Origin: Lytechinus pictus
Taxonomy: Eukaryota
Assembly (NCBI RefSeq): GCF_037042905.1
Contig: NC_087246.1
Coordinates: forward strand, 2,482,001-2,546,000
Reading direction: 5' to 3'
DNA length: 64,000 nucleotides
Positions 61,726-64,000 of this stretch are shown here, piece after piece (position 1 is the first letter of the stretch; each line of letters begins with the position of its first letter). The position numbers and the translations under genes were made by a program. A model generated the notes under the pieces. The model did no database searches. It was not told the origin of the DNA and saw only the letters and a list, made by a program, of their open reading frames with translations.

Positions 61726-64000
61726 TTAAACAAACATCCATAATTTCCAAACCACTGGGAGTTTTAATATGTTTTTACATGAGCGTGTAGGTAATTTTAT
61801 AAGCTACCCTCTTAGTGAATGTTACGGACGTATTTCATGTCATGCTTCAGTGAGCACCGGCAGAATGCAAAATTGTCACTTTTTAAAAGTCACAAGCAAA
61901 ATATGACTTTGATTCCAGTTTATTGGAACGAATTCCACATTCTCATCATGAAAAATAGTCAGAAGGCTTGTAAAAGGTACTTTCTAAAAGACGATTTAAC
62001 TTTTTTGCTAAATTTCACGGTTGAATAAAAACAGTCAAAATTTGCTATTGGAATTTTTACACATCAATGAAAATGATCGAATATGATGACAATTGTCTTT
62101 GGATAGAGTATCTTCAACAATATACATCATTTCACGGCTCAATGAACATTAAATGAAAAAAAAAAAATGATTTTCAAATATCATTGGTAAGTAATGTTTC
62201 AATTTGGTAACTGAACTTATCTTTTCTCAACCTTTTTCGTTATGTTCATGACCAATTAACATGCTTCCATGGATCAAACTCCACAGGCGTTTTTAAAATT
62301 AAACATTCACGCTTGAATGAACATGTGGAATGTGATTAGCTCTTTTCTACGTTATTTGAAAAATGCAATTGCTGACTATGGATATCTGTCACAAACCTTG
62401 CATACATGTAGTTAATTTGATTGGATTTGTATGGAAATCCCAATATTTACTGCTTCAGTGAGCACATAATATTAAAAAATTATGTGAATGAGAAGAAAGT
62501 TCAAGGCCTTGGCCCCACTCTGCCGTATCGAATGGTTATTTGAGTGAGCCCTTTGGATAGTGACTCTCTGAAGCCATGTGCGAAGTTTCATGAGAAAACT
62601 ATAGGCAGAAGTAACAAAAACTGTCTAGGAAACAAACCCTTGTTTCACTTTTGTTAAAATGTTGACTCCCTTTCTCATAGACATTGTGTAAACTATGGGT
62701 GCATATGTTTGAGAATAAGTACAGGTAACCCCCTATTCAATGTGGTGGAACTTTTTTTCAAAGCTGTCTTTAGCAGTATCGTTTGGCATTAATGTTTATC
62801 AACCTATGGGCAAAATTCTATGCAAAAATGAAATCAATTTGTTTGTTTATAAATGAGTGAGCACGCCTCAAAGGGGGAAAATGGGTATTTTCAATGTCAC
62901 AGACTCATTTTGAGGGGTTATAAAGTGAATAATGGGGGCAAATTCGGTTTCAAATGTAACTTAATTTGTGTTGTTTTTATCATCCATCATTTTTATCACC
63001 ACACACTTTCTGAATTTTTTACACTGTCATGGTTGAGCAAGCACAATCGAAAACTTAGGAATTAATATTCTTTTTACTGCATAAATGTATTCTTTCCCTA
63101 ACAATTTCTCAGTATCAGTTGAATTTATGAACAAATCAGTGGGGGATCCAGAATTTGAAAGTGGGGAGGTGCCGAGAAATTGGGGGAGGGGAGCCACTAA
63201 CATTTTCCAATTTTAACATGTTTTAACAAGTTACAGATGATACTACCATAATGAGATGATACGTCACAAAAAAATGTGCTCACTCAACCATGAACATATA
63301 TACATAATCAAAATTTTGTGTGGAGTGGCTCAATGATGGATAGTAAAACAACGTTAACATCATAAAATTCACCAAAGAAACCAACCTTTGCCCAACTTTG
63401 TATTTACACAATCTGAAAAACGACTCTTTTGACTTTAAAAAATTGTCATTTTCAATTCAATCTTTGATTACTCATGCATGACCCTACCGATCAATCTCAT
63501 TTATCCCCAGGAGTTGCTTAATAAGTGTAAAAAAAAACACCTGCGAAATATTATATCTCAAAATTATTCAGTTCAAAAGTTACAGCATTTTGATTTAGGG
63601 GGACTTACATTTTTGTTGTGTACATAACACTATGAAATAACATAATTGAAATATTTTAGTTGTGTTTGTTCACCCTAAAGCAGCTATGAGAAGTTTTCAT
63701 TGTGCATTCATATTTTTCCTATATTTATGTGAAACCTGACTCTCAGTTGTCAACCTTTGGTCGACTGGTCTTTGGGCCAAGAGATGACAAATCCCACGAT
63801 TTGAGTCAAATGAAATCATTTTTTATTCATAATAACCACAGTAAATATATTACAAATAATATACTGGTTAGTGTTCGCAATTATATTCATGCAACTAAAA
63901 GGCAAGACTAAATAATATTTTTGGGGTAATTCAGGCATTATTTACCTGAAAAATTGTGATGTGAAATTTTGTCTTAAAAGATGATTGCTCAAAATTATTT

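Overview
This is AT-rich, intron-containing animal genomic DNA, not prokaryotic. The repeat families suggest an echinoderm such as a sea urchin, which is an inference. Two protein-coding genes are supported. (1) A minus-strand, multi-exon acyl-CoA thioesterase / bile acid-CoA:amino acid N-acyltransferase (ACOT/BAAT) family gene. I reconstructed six coding exons by hand with consistent GT-AG phases (31524-31218, 30538-30251, 29113-28935, 27302-27094, 6546-6423, 1906-1826; 396 codons). The exon carrying the catalytic His was not found and probably lies left of the window. The nucleophile elbow reads G-F-C-T-G, with Cys as in BAAT. (2) A single-exon GT31 beta-1,3-galactosyltransferase-like ORF (49741-50766, +). 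The rest is mostly non-autonomous transposons whose ends and target-site duplications (TSDs) can be read directly. About 20 kb of one ACOT intron is a nested stack: a Kolobok-like element contains a palindromic MITE, which is split by a 16-kb CACTA/EnSpm-like element holding many smaller inserts. Other notable elements are an AcademH-like derivative with a RecQ helicase Walker A fragment, a Transib-like element with V(D)J RSS-like ends inside a solo LTR, a Deu/Nin-domain tRNA-SINE, an Academ-like foldback with a ~190-bp repeat array, and decayed CR1/L2 LINE and Gypsy sequences. Superfamily assignments rest on terminal and TSD signatures, not on database searches.
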